A DNA stretch of 64,000 nucleotides, from assembly GCF_001194135.2 (NCBI RefSeq), contig NC_068986.1, positions 95,612,614 to 95,676,613 on the forward strand, written 5' to 3'. The translations under genes and the position numbers were made by a program. Position 1 is the stretch's first letter. Each line of letters begins with the position of its first letter. Below the pieces are notes generated by a model. That model was not told the DNA's origin, searched no databases, and was given only the letters and a program-made list of their open reading frames with translations. Below are positions 25,440-36,880 of this stretch, one piece after another. The stretch comes from Octopus bimaculoides (lineage: Eukaryota).

Positions 25440-25750
25440 AAAGAGGAGCAGAAGGAGGTACAACACAAATAGAAAAGAAGGGGAGGAGGGGGAAACAAAG
25501 CAAGAAAAGAGGGAGACAGGGAGGATAGGGTATGAGGATGAGAAGACAAACTAAGTAGAGTGGGAGGAGAGGGAAAAGCGTTGAGTGTTAGAGTGTGGAA
25601 TAAAGAAATGTAAAAGTGCAAGAGAGGGATGGTAAGAGTGGGAGAAGGAGGACTAAGCTGAATAGGGTAGATATAGGAACAGGGCGGTCTAAGGGGAGGA
25701 GGAGTACAAAAATAATTGGAGAGAGGAGGAGGAATAGGAGTAAGGCATGA
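25440..25750. repeat. Polypurine (GA-rich) low-complexity tract
   Basis: Strongly A/G-biased + strand (gaggag, gggaga runs). Confidence 0.7.
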
Positions 25751-26176
25751 CAACTTCCGGTACTGGAATTAGCGCTGGAAAAATGATAAAATCTAATAAA
25801 TATAAGTGTGAATGATTGTTCATCGTTGAGTGAGTAATTATAAGCATGAGCTGCATATATTTGTGTGTGTGTATATATATATATTTGTATCTATGAGTAT
25901 GTATATATATATATATATCATCATCGTTTAACGTCCGTCTTCCATGCATGCATGGGTAGGACGGTTGACAGGAGACGGCCAGGTAGAAAATCTACCCAAG
26001 GCTATTGTGTCTGTTAATATCTGCGTGTGTGTGAACGGCGTTCCTTTTCATTCAGATACATCTTACAGAAAGATATTGATTATATATGTATGTATATAAT
26101 CAGTATCTTTCTGTAATATGTATCTAGATGAACAGTGAAGTAACAAGGGGTCATCAGGTGTTTCGACTCCTCCGAC

Positions 26177-26214
<38 letters not shown>

Positions 26215-26462
26215 ATGTATGTATATGTATATTTGTATGCATATATATATGTATATATCATCATCGTTTAACGTCTGCTTTCCATTAAACGATGACATAT
26301 ATATATGTGTGTGTGTGTGACAGCTAAGCGAAAGAGATCTAAAGAATAAGTACCAGGTTTTCAAAAATAATAAATAATGAGGTCAATTCATTCAAGGCAG
26401 TGCTCCAGCATGGCCATAGTCTAATGACTGAAACAAGTAGAAGATAAAAGATATAAAAATAT

Positions 26463-26570
26463 ATATGTTTCATAGCAAGCAGAACCTCAGAAGCAGTAAA
26501 TTATCCAATCAAGAGGTAGACCGCTTGGATAATTTACTACTTCTGTGGTTCCGCTCGCTATGAAAAATAT
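26463..26570. repeat. Fold-back: 46-bp arms (41/46 identical), 16-nt loop
   Basis: Arms 26463-26508 and 26525-26570 compared base by base. Confidence 0.88.
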
Positions 26571-26966
26571 GTAGCCTCGATTTTATCAACTCCATTCCCT
26601 AATTCTTGAATGTTTATTTGCACATACAACGACCCCAGTTGCTAACTGTGATCTATAAAATTAACTTTTTTCAACTTATCGTACTTTAATATAGGAAAGA
26701 TTCACAACCTTCTGCGCCAATAAACCACTATTGTTCCTGAAAGTTATTTTTTTATATCTCCTGCAGATTGCTTGAAGTTCACTAAGTTCCGGCACCTTGG
26801 TCCTTGGATCTTACCTTTACATATCTAGATATTTCTCAACAGCATGATATATCTAATTCGATCAAATCCCTAGCAAGCTAACACGGGATCTAACAACAAT
26901 GTAAACTTCATATAAACAAGGTATCCTTGGCCTGCAGCGTAGCTTGCAGTCTACCCATTGTTTGGA

Positions 26967-27003
<37 letters not shown>

Positions 27004-27009
<6 letters not shown>

Positions 27010-27201
27010 TCAGCAAGCACTGCTTCACCACAACGAAAATTAGAAATAGCAGTCAAAACTACTATTTCTCTACCAAAACAGCAATACTCGCAACTACAAA
27101 GGCAGTAGTTGCGAGTATTGCTGTTTTGGGAGTTGTGTTTTGGTAGTTTTGACTGCTATTTCTAATTTTCGGTGTGTGGTGAAACTGCTTGCTAAACCCT
27201 A
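27004..27201. repeat. Large fold-back element (~95-bp arms, 7-nt loop), probable palindromic MITE
   Basis: Perfect 25-bp and 29-bp stems separated by an internal loop; tagggtt..aaacccta ends; abuts a (TA)n tract. Confidence 0.85.
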
Positions 27202-27314
27202 AATTTTAATTATGTTTATATAAGTTTACCGATAATGGTTTTTTAACAAACCGAAATACTTGATAAAATTACTAATTATTAATTACTTATTAATTTTTAC
27301 CCTATATCTGTACC

Positions 27315-27540
27315 ATCATCATCGTTTAGCGTTCACTTTCCATGCGAGCATGGGTTGGACGATTGACTGAGGACTGCTGAACCAGATGGCTTCACCAGGC
27401 TCCAATCTGATTTGGCAGAGTTTCTACAGCTGGATGCCCTTCCTAACGCCAACCATTCCGAGAGTGTAGTGGGTGCTTTTATGTACCACCTGCACGAAGG
27501 CCAGTCAGGCGGTACTGGCAACAGCCACGCTCAAAATGGT
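27315..27540 (-). mobile_element. RTE LINE 3' UTR fragment
   Basis: Revcomp of the 8144/8880 family, including the catcatcatc tail. Confidence 0.85.
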
Positions 27541-28263
27541 ATGTATATATATATATGCGAGTAAAAATAAGTACAAAAAAGGTGGTTTTTTTGTATGATT
27601 GTGTATAGAGGAATATATTATTTTGTTTAAAAGAGTTCCAACACTGTCTGTTTTTTATGTTTTATTTATATTCCTGCAGAACCAATGTGGGGTNNNNNNN
27701 NNNNNNNNNNNNNNNNNNNNNNNNNNNNNNNNNNNNNNNNNNNNNNNNNNNNNNNNNNNNNNNNNNNNNNNNNNNNNNNNNNNNNNNNNNNNNNNNNNNN
27801 NNNNNNNNNNNNNNNNNNNNNNNNNNNNNNNNNNNNNNNNNNNNNNNNNNNNNNNNNNNNNNNNNNNNNNNNNNNNNNNNNNNNNNNNNNNNNNNNNNNN
27901 NNNNNNNNNNNNNNNNNNNNNNNNNNNNNNNNNNNNNNNNNNNNNNNNNNNNNNNNNNNNNNNNNNNNNNNNNNNNNNNNNNNNNNNNNNNNNNNNNNNN
28001 NNNNNNNNNNNNNNNNNNNNNNNNNNNNNNNNNNNNNNNNNNNNNNNNNNNNNNNNNNNNNNNNNNNNNNNNNNNNNNNNNNNNNNNNNNNNNNNNNNNN
28101 NNNNNNNNNNNNNNNNNNNNNNNNNNNNNNNNNNNNNNNNNNNNNNNNNNNNNNNNNNNNNNNNNNNNNNNNNNNNNNNNNNNNNNNNNNNNNNNNNNNN
28201 NNNNNNNNNNNNNNNNNNNNNNNNNNNNNNNNNNNNNNNNNNNNNNNNNNNNNNNNNNNNATA

Positions 28264-28739
28264 CGAGGGTGAGTCAATAAGTAATGCCATTTTGCTTAGG
28301 ACAGGTATAAATACCAACACAGGTATAGCAATGTTCCACCTTCGAATGAGAGCATGTATCCCTGCCCTGTAAAATTCTGTTGACTCTTCTTTGAGCCACT
28401 TCTTCACTACCTCCACACTCACCAGATTTAGTGCCTTCAGACTATCATCTTTTCAGCGCCACGAAAGAAGGTTTGAGAGGCAAACATTATTCCAGTGGTG
28501 AGGAAGTGAAAACTGTAGTGAAGAAGTGGCTTAAAGAACAGTCAACAGAATTTTACAGACAGGGATACATGCTCTCATTCAAAGGTGGAACATTACTATT
28601 GAGAGAAACGGTGACTATGTTCAGAAGTAGGGATGTGATCCACAGACGACTGGCTTCATTTTGATGTATGATACATGTTCCTGTGTAGGTAATTATACCT
28701 GTCCTAAACAAAATGGCATTACTTTTTGACTCACCCTCG
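28264..28739. mobile_element. Non-autonomous mariner derivative with an inverted-duplicated 3' end
   Basis: 47-bp TIRs (2 mismatches), TA both sides. Residual PSDYHLFSATKEGLRGKHY..EEVKTVVKKWL (mariner C-terminus) on +, with an inverted copy in the left arm. Confidence 0.9.
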
Positions 28740-29087
28740 TATATTTACTAACAAGGTCTGGAGGAAGGGCCAGTGTAAGGTTTGTGAAAATGGCACAAGA
28801 AGCAAGGAAAATTCCACAAGGCAGTTGTTCTAAGAAAGAAGGCTTGGCCCAGAGAATTAAACATAAAACAAGAATAATTGAAGTAAGAGAGATAAGTGGA
28901 ACTCATGTACCTAAGTGGAGATGGCATGAACCTAGCCAACTCCTGCGAGCAGAGGCCTTTATACTAGCAAGAGGAAAAGCAGAGAGGGGAGAGAGCATGC
29001 CTCAAAAATTGATTAAGGTTGTTCATTGTTTTTATAGTCTCTGGAGAAATAGCTAAAATTTCCCCTGTTTACTGTACGTTACCTATA

Positions 29088-29496
29088 CTCTTTTACTCTT
29101 TTACTTGTTTCAGTCAATTGACTGTGGCCATGGTGGAGCACCACCTTTAGTCGAGTAAATCGACCCCAGGACTTATTCTTTGGATGCCTAGTACTTATTC
29201 TATCGGTCTCTTTTTGCCAAACCGCTAAGTTACGGAGACGTAAACACACCACCATTGGTTGTCAAGCGATGTTGGGGGGACAAACACAGACACATGTACA
29301 CACAAACATATATATATATATATACATATATACAACGGGCTTCTTTCAGTTTCCGTCTACCAAATCCACTCACAAGGCTTTGGTCGGCCCGAGGCTATAG
29401 TAGAAGACACTTGCCCAAGGTGCCACGCAGTGGGAATGAACCCGGAACCATGTGGTTGGTAAGCAAGCTACTTACCACACAGCCACTCCTGCGCCT
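29088..29496 (-). mobile_element. Full-length CORE-type SINE
   Basis: Revcomp head aggcgcaggagtggctgtgtggtaagtagc..gggttcattccc, core, internal microsatellite, (aaagagt)n tail. Confidence 0.9.
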
Positions 29497-29516
29497 GCCC
29501 TATATACATATGTATA

Positions 29517-30734
29517 TTGGGTCATCCCATAAATAATGCAGTTTTTTCAATTGCATGAACTAAAAGTTGGAGGGGGACAAGATCAACTTGCTATAAAAGC
29601 AGATAGTAAATTTAACTTATTCTTAGTGCAAGTTTTGAAGAGTGCAGTTCGATTTTAACAGTTATTTTTTCAAAGCTATAATGGCAATGACAAAAGAGCA
29701 CATTCGGCATATTTTGCTTTATGAGTTCAATAGAGGTAACAATGCAACAAAGAGTGTGAGAATATTAATGCGGTATATGGGGATCGGACAATAAGCATAA
29801 GCCAGTATCAATGGTGATTCTAGAAATTCCGAGCTGGAAACTACAGCCTAGAAGACAAGCCTCATCCTGGAAGATCTGTAGAGCTCAACAAGGACATCCT
29901 GCAAACACTGGTGGAACAAAATTCCATTATAACTGTTGAGGAACTAGCAGAGAAGCTTGAATTTGGTCATTCAACCATTTGTCAACACTTATGTGCCATC
30001 AGAAAAGTCAGCAAAATGGATCAATAGATTCCTCACAAAGTTTCTGAGTCTAATCACACGCAGAGTGGATGTGTACCCTTCTTTGCTGTCACATCTCATG
30101 AATGAACCTTTTTGAGACTGAATAGTGACTTGTGATGAGAAATGGGTAAGGAAAGGAGAAACACAAGCACCCCAGGCTAAAGAAGGTCTTCACCCATCTA
30201 AGGTGTTGTTATCTGTTTGGTGGGATGTGAAAGATTTAGTCCACTTTGAACTTTTAAACCTAACCAAATTATAACAAAGGAGATCTACTGTGAGCAGCTT
30301 AAGTCAGCACTAGAAGAAAGATGACCATCTTTGGTTTCAAGATGAAAAGTGTTCTTCCATCAGGATAATGCTTAGTTACATACAGTGGGGATGACATTCC
30401 AAAGGCTGGTGCAGTTTGAATGGAAAATGATGCCCCACCCACCATATTCGCTGGACATTGCCCCATCTGATTATCATTTATTCGGCAGCCTTCAAAATCA
30501 TTTGGACAGAAAAAATATGAATTCTGTGGACGAGGTCAGAACAGTACTAGAGGAGTATTTTTCATCATGGACAAGTGAATTTTGGAAGCGGGCCTTGCAA
30601 GTCTACCAGAAAGATGGAAGAGCATTGTAGAAAATGAAGGAGAGTATATTTTAGATTAAAAAAGAACTTTCTTTATCTTAATTTTGAAAAATTAAAGAAG
30701 TATACAAAACTGCATTATTTATGGGCTGACCCAA
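29517..30734 (+). mobile_element. Near full-length mariner (D,D34D) transposon, transposase pseudogenised
   Basis: TIRs ttgggtcatcccataaataatgcagttt / aaactgcattatttatgggctgacccaa; TA TSD. Motifs MTKEHIRHILLYEF, VTCDEKW, HQDNA, HPPYSLDIAPSDYHLF; stops and frameshifts. Confidence 0.93.
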
Positions 30735-31554
30735 TATATACATACATACATTAACCAAGAATACATGCGTTTGAAAAGGTTAATTGAAAGCGCTCATACA
30801 CTCTAGGAAAAAACTTCTTCCAAAAAGGTTAACAACAGCCTGATAAAAGATTTATAATTTTTTAAAAGAATCCCATTTACACTTAAAAACTGCATTAAAT
30901 AATTTTCACAAAAACTTTCAAATATATATATATAGTGAGTGGACAAACAAAAGGAAGGGTACTCAACACTTACTGGGACCCTGTTAGGAGCTTAGAAACT
31001 TTAAGTAACACGGAATCTGAATCAAACTATTTTGAACAATACACACACACACACACACACACATATTATTTTTATTTCATTATTCTATTGTTATGTTTAA
31101 ACAAAACTGGGCTTATGAAATAGGTAAACAGATTAACACATTACAATAACAAAAAAGATTTTCATACAACAGCAACTGTTGGTCCTAAACACTGTTGTTT
31201 TAGTCATCTGTAAATGTTGACATAACACTAAGGTAATGTTAGTTGTTTTTGATTGTTTCACATATTTCTTCATAGATTGCATAGTTCACAATGAAAACTT
31301 ATAACTGCCCTGTCATTTCTTATTCCAAGTAACTGCCTTCCAAAACAAATCAGAGGAGCAAGTCTCACTTGCACATTCAATTGTTAGCAAAGTTTCCATA
31401 ACTGGACCACTTAACACCAATCACTTCATAAAGTGTAATGAGTGCATTTTATTGTGAGACCAGCGCAAGTAGTTGTCATATCTTTGATAAGACCAAAAAA
31501 CCTCTCCATCCTATGTTGCTTCTGTTCCTTTTTTAACTGCTTCACAGAGTATGT

Positions 31555-31940
31555 GTGGAGGCGCAATGGCCCGGTGGTTAGGGCAGCGGACTCACGGTCA
31601 TAGGATCGCGGTTTTGATTTCCAGACCGGGCGTTGTGAGTGTTTATTGAGCGAAAACACCTAAAGCTCCACGAGGCTCCGGCAGGGGATGGTGGCGAACC
31701 CTGCTGTACTCTTCCACCACAACTTTCTCTCACTCTTACTTCTTGTTTCTGTTGCGCCTGTAATTCAAAGGGTCAGCCTTGTCACACTGTGTCACGCTGA
31801 ATATCCCCGAGAACTACGTTAAGGGTACATGTGTCTGTGGAGTGCTCAGCCACTTGCATGTTAATTTCACGAGCAGGCTGTTCTGTTGATCAGATCAACT
31901 GGAACCCTCGATGTCGTAAGCGACGGCGTGCCAACAACAA
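31555..31940 (+). mobile_element. Full-length tRNA-derived SINE (third family) with target-site duplication
   Basis: tRNA-like head ggcgcaatggcccggtggttagggcagcggactc, (caa)n tail, perfect 11-bp TSD acagagtatgt at 31544-31554 and 31941-31951. Confidence 0.92.
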
Positions 31941-33079
31941 ACAGAGTATGTATTGGGCATATTTTATCACAGTACCAGCATTTGAGGGTTTCCCTTGTAC
32001 CAACTAAAACTAAAGAGTCTTCTCTATTGATTGTCTCTATTAGTTCAAGACAAATATGAAGTGGTGACTAAAAGAGAGAGTAAGAATCAAGAGATATGAC
32101 TATGAGAGTGGTAAAAGAGAGGGGATGTGTGATAGGAGCAAGAGGCTGACAAGCAAAGGAGTAGTGGAAGAGAAATAGTTTCAAAAATATCAATCAGAAA
32201 AACTGAATCAATGACAATGTCCCAAAAGAAATTCTTGTATTTATTGAGTATAATACACACCTTTGTCCAGATTTTCAAACTAAGAAATAAGGATATATAT
32301 ATTATTCGCAAGAAGTAAATTTGGGCTAAGATGGCTGCAGTAATCAACAAGCTGTAGTTTTTAGATTGGTGTGGCCTTACAGAGCTGCAGAGTTCCACCT
32401 ACCGTAGAGTTTCCAAAGGGTTGTCAAAGAGAGCACCAGATGGCCTAAGGACTCCTCTCCTTGATTTTCTGTCAAGGTTGACTCCCCTAGCCTTTTCTTT
32501 TCCAAAGGCACTTGCAATGCAGTGAGGCTTTGTGCTGGGAATTTCTACCAAAACATACTAATTAACCTACAGCTAGGACCTTGACAGGTGCTACTACTCC
32601 AGGTACTGGGAACAATAGTGACTAAGAGTTGTTTCCACACTGCTTAAAACCCTAGAACTCCCAAACCAGGGCCCCACTACCAGATACAGTTTAAAGTCGT
32701 ACCCAGAATGTTTTCTTCTATATTAGATATATATAGTGTGTGTGTGTGCATGTGTGATACCTTTCTGTGTTACACTGGCCCTGTAATGAGAAAGTGAGTT
32801 AGAGTGATAAAGGGTAATAGTGGAAGAGAAGAAGAGTAATAAAAGTAACGATGGAGGTAATTTAATACAAATATATCAAATGCCATTCCTCTTACAAAAC
32901 CACAATGAAGATAGACAACAGGGTAATGAAGGGGACAGTAGAGACTTAATAAGCAATATAATGAGTGAGATACTTAATATAGACATAATATACATTCCAA
33001 CCTATATTAGTACCACTGATATAGTTTATATTTCACCATGGTTTCTATAGTAAGAAGGACTCTTCCAGCACTGCATATC

Positions 33080-33640
33080 ATCACTTACTATTATTCTTTA
33101 TCATCTCTTTTGTGAGGTTCAACTTCTTGAGTTCAGTCTTCACCACTTCATTCCATATTTTCCATATTTTCCTTAGCCTTTGTCTTCTACAGTTTCCATC
33201 AACTACAAGCATTTGGCATTTCAAGCACTTTTTTATATAACCAGCATCTTCCATATGCATCAGATGTCCATACAATAGCAGATTACCTCTTGCACACTAT
33301 GCCTGATGTTTCTTATATCCAGCTTTCATCCCAGTTCATCTATGTGCCATCATTCATGCACACAAACATGACACATCTAGCATACTTGCTTTGTATCTTT
33401 TTTAGCCATTGCAAATCTTCCACATTCAAGGCCCACATCTTGCTATTAAGCAGCATTGCATTTTGTACACCAGTATCATACAATCTGCCTTTGTCTCTCT
33501 AAGAAAAAAAAGAAAAAAAACTTCATTACAAGCATAGACAACTCTCAGAATTCTCTCTTCGGCTGCTATGGTTTTAGAACACCCACCTCCACTGCTAATT
33601 AGGTCACACCTCAGTAACAAAAGCCATCAATTACTTCAAA
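33080..33640 (-). mobile_element. Decayed RTE LINE ORF2 3' region
   Basis: DLISSGGGCSK.IAA and YGHLMHMED..IKKC..VDGNCRR..RK.W..VVK.ELKKL, homologous to 50430-50688. Confidence 0.75.
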
Positions 33641-33854
33641 TGAATCTTCTGAACATTGGAAGGAATGTATATCATGTGTACTCTTACAGCTAACTATTCG
33701 TGTGCATCTGCCCCATACGAAGTCTACCTTCTCTATCAGCCTGCCTACAGTCTCACTACACCACTACTGGGTAGACTACATGGGATTTACCTATGCATAA
33801 GACTGGGGAAGGGGTACATATAAATATGTGTATGTGTGTTTGCATATATATTTT

Positions 33855-33930
<76 letters not shown>

Positions 33931-34034
33931 TGTATTTATAAACATGTATGTGTGTATATACATAAAAGTTTGTTGATAAAGTGACCATAAAAAATTTTTT
34001 TAATAAATAAATAAAAACAGGATATATACATAAT

Positions 34035-34690
34035 TTAATTTTTCCTCTTCTTCTCCTTCTCCATTTTGTTCAGGAGATGCCTGTTGCCCTTTATGAAAAT
34101 TAGCATGTCAAAGTTTTCATCAGACAAGGATGATCTCTTGGCCTTCAAGATGTCTTTGCCGATAGAGAACAAACGCTCCACTACAGCACTGGAGGGGAAG
34201 ACTGTGTTGAACTTGAGGAAGAAGTCCACTAACACTTGCTCACCCAAGAAGGCAGCATCTGTCAGCAAGTCCTTGGAGTTGGTCTCCAAACAAGTCTTGA
34301 CCAAATTTTGGGCCTTGTCTTTGAGTGACCTGTGGCTCCTGCTGCTCTCTTTTGGCTGGGTGACACCAAAGAAGAAGTCATCCTCCTCTTCTTTGTTGTT
34401 ACTGCCTCTACTGTTGCTGATCACTTCATCAGACTGCTGCCTCATGGCCTCCGACTTTACTCTTCATGCTTTTCCTCACCTTGGCGATCTTGGTGTTGTT
34501 ATACTTATCCAACCAGATTAAGTCAAAATTTGGGGTGGAAAGCAACAGCCAGCTGGCATTCCTCATCCTCCAGGAGGGTCCTAAACCCTTTGTTGATGCC
34601 TACCAAAAATGCATCAACCAAGGGGCTGCAATAGACGAGGCCCCTGGATTTCAAGTCCTTCAGCCTAAAGATCGCCACAGCAACTTGAAA
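34035..34690 (-). mobile_element. hAT transposase C-terminal relic (dimerisation domain)
   Basis: FNTVFPSSAVVERLFSIGKDILKAKRSSLSDENFDMLIFIKGN; upstream LAVAFHPKF followed by stops. No TIR identified (gap adjacent). Confidence 0.85.
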
Positions 34691-34766
34691 GTTAACTCAA
34701 GTCCACTTGAGTCAACAGAAGTTAAATGTAACAGAAGTTAATTAGTCTGATAATGATTTCCAGGTT

Positions 34767-34811
<45 letters not shown>

Positions 34812-36289
34812 NNNNNNNNNNNNNNNNNNNNNNNNNNNNNNNNNNNNNNNNNNNNNNNNNNNNNNNNNNNNNNNNNNNNNNNNNNNNNNNNNNNNNNNNN
34901 NNNNNNNNNNNNNNNNNNNNNNNNNNNNNNNNNNNNNNNNNNNNNNNNNNNNNNNNNNNNNNNNNNNNNNNNNNNNNNNNNNNNNNNNNNNNNNNNNNNN
35001 NNNNNNNNNNNNNNNNNNNNNNNNNNNNNNNNNNNNNNNNNNNNNNNNNNNNNNNNNNNNNNNNNNNNNNNNNNNNNNNNNNNNNNNNNNNNNNNNNNNN
35101 NNNNNNNNNNNNNNNNNNNNNNNNNNNNNNNNNNNNNNNNNNNNNNNNNNNNNNNNNNNNNNNNNNNNNNNNNNNNNNNNNNNNNNNNNNNNNNNNNNNN
35201 NNNNNNNNNNNNNNNNNNNNNNNNNNNNNNNNNNNNNNNNNNNNNNNNNNNNNNNNNNNNNNNNNNNNNNNNNNNNNNNNNNNNNNNNNNNNNNNNNNNN
35301 NNNNNNNNNNNNNNNNNNNNNNNNNNNNNNNNNNNNNNNNNNNNNNNNNNNNNNNNNNNNNNNNNNNNNNNNNNNNNNNNNNNNNNNNNNNNNNNNNNNN
35401 NNNNNNNNNNNNNNNNNNNNNNNNNNNNNNNNNNNNNNNNNNNNNNNNNNNNNNNNNNNNNNNNNNNNNNNNNNNNNNNNNNNNNNNNNNNNNNNNNNNN
35501 NNNNNNNNNNNNNNNNNNNNNNNNNNNNNNNNNNNNNNNNNNNNNNNNNNNNNNNNNNNNNNNNNNNNNNNNNNNNNNNNNNNNNNNNNNNNNNNNNNNN
35601 NNNNNNNNNNNNNNNNNNNNNNNNNNNNNNNNNNNNNNNNNNNNNNNNNNNNNNNNNNNNNNNNNNNNNNNNNNNNNNNNNNNNNNNNNNNNNNNNNNNN
35701 NNNNNNNNNNNNNNNNNNNNNNNNNNNNNNNNNNNNNNNNNNNNNNNNNNNNNNNCACTTGACAACTGATGCTGGTATGTTTACATCCCCACAACTTAAT
35801 GATTGGGCAAAAGAGACCAATAGAATAAGAACTAGGCTTACAAAGAATAACTCATTCTGGGGTCGATTTACTTGACTAAAGGCGGTGCTCCAGCATGGCT
35901 GCAGTCAAATGACTGAAACAAATAAAAGAATATATATATATATATATATCATCATCATCAACAACAACATCTTTATATCCACTTTTTCCATGCTGGCATG
36001 GGTTGGATGAAGTATATTGAGGCAATACTCTACAGTAGATACCATTCTTGTTGCCAATTTTTAGGTATTTCTACTCCAATAGGGTTTTCATAGGAAACTC
36101 ATTACACCATTAAACTTTGGATACTATTGTTTTGGGGAGACAAACACCTCGTTGTCTCATTACTAAAATGGTGTGAATGTGAAGAAAGCATTCCTCTATA
36201 CTCCTCTGTGTGAGTGCATGTGTATGTATGTGTGCGTGTGTGTGCATGCATATTTGTATAGCTATATCTTATCTCGCTGTCTGTCTGTC

Positions 36290-36317
36290 AGTCTATCTGT
36301 CTATTTATCTATCTATC

Positions 36318-36384
<67 letters not shown>

Positions 36385-36385
36385 A
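36290..36385. repeat. (TCTA)n microsatellite
   Basis: Direct reading. Confidence 0.95.
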
Positions 36386-36399
36386 TTTATTTATATAGG

Positions 36400-36880
36400 G
36401 GCTAGCAAGAAATGTGAAATGATTGCGAATAAGGATGCTGATGGAACACAACCTACGTACCGTAGTAAGCAGTGAAATAAAATACGGAGAATTTATGATG
36501 AAACAAACAAAAAGAATACATAGTCCAATGCCGACAAGCTCCAAGGAGTGATGTTTGTAGAAGCCACACCACATGAGGAACTAGCCTGCAGATTTAGAAA
36601 AATCTTGAAGGATACTAAGTTGAACATAAAAATCATGGAAAAGCCAGGGAGATCCATCAGGTCAATAATATGCAAAATATACCCCTTCAGAAAACCCATG
36701 TGTGTAGAAGAGAACTGTGTAGTGAGCAAATATAGCCCTGGTGTTTTACTGCATACTCATCTCAGACAGATCTCAGATGGATCCCAATGCTGGAACATAA
36801 GTTTAAAAGAAATGGAAGTCGAGAGATGTGTCACTGAAGAGATTGCAGCAATGCGATGAAATAATTATTTGACATAAAAG
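36400..36880 (+). mobile_element. Penelope-like element 3' fragment
   Basis: VMFVEATPHEELA..F.KIL....IKIMEKPGRSIRSII....PF...C....C.V resembles the PLE RT-to-GIY-YIG linker; followed by a hammerhead motif typical of PLE pseudo-LTRs. Confidence 0.65.
36828..36875 (+). ncRNA. Minimal type I hammerhead ribozyme, core intact
   Basis: Stem I GUGUCA/UGACAU; CUGAAGA; extra G; stem II AUUGC/GCGAU; GAAA; palindromic UAAUUA; AUU cleavage triplet (cut after 36869). Confidence 0.68.

Noticed and set aside
31555-31630. tRNA gene
   Set aside because: SINE head: no complete cloverleaf, degenerate B box, continues into SINE body with TSD.
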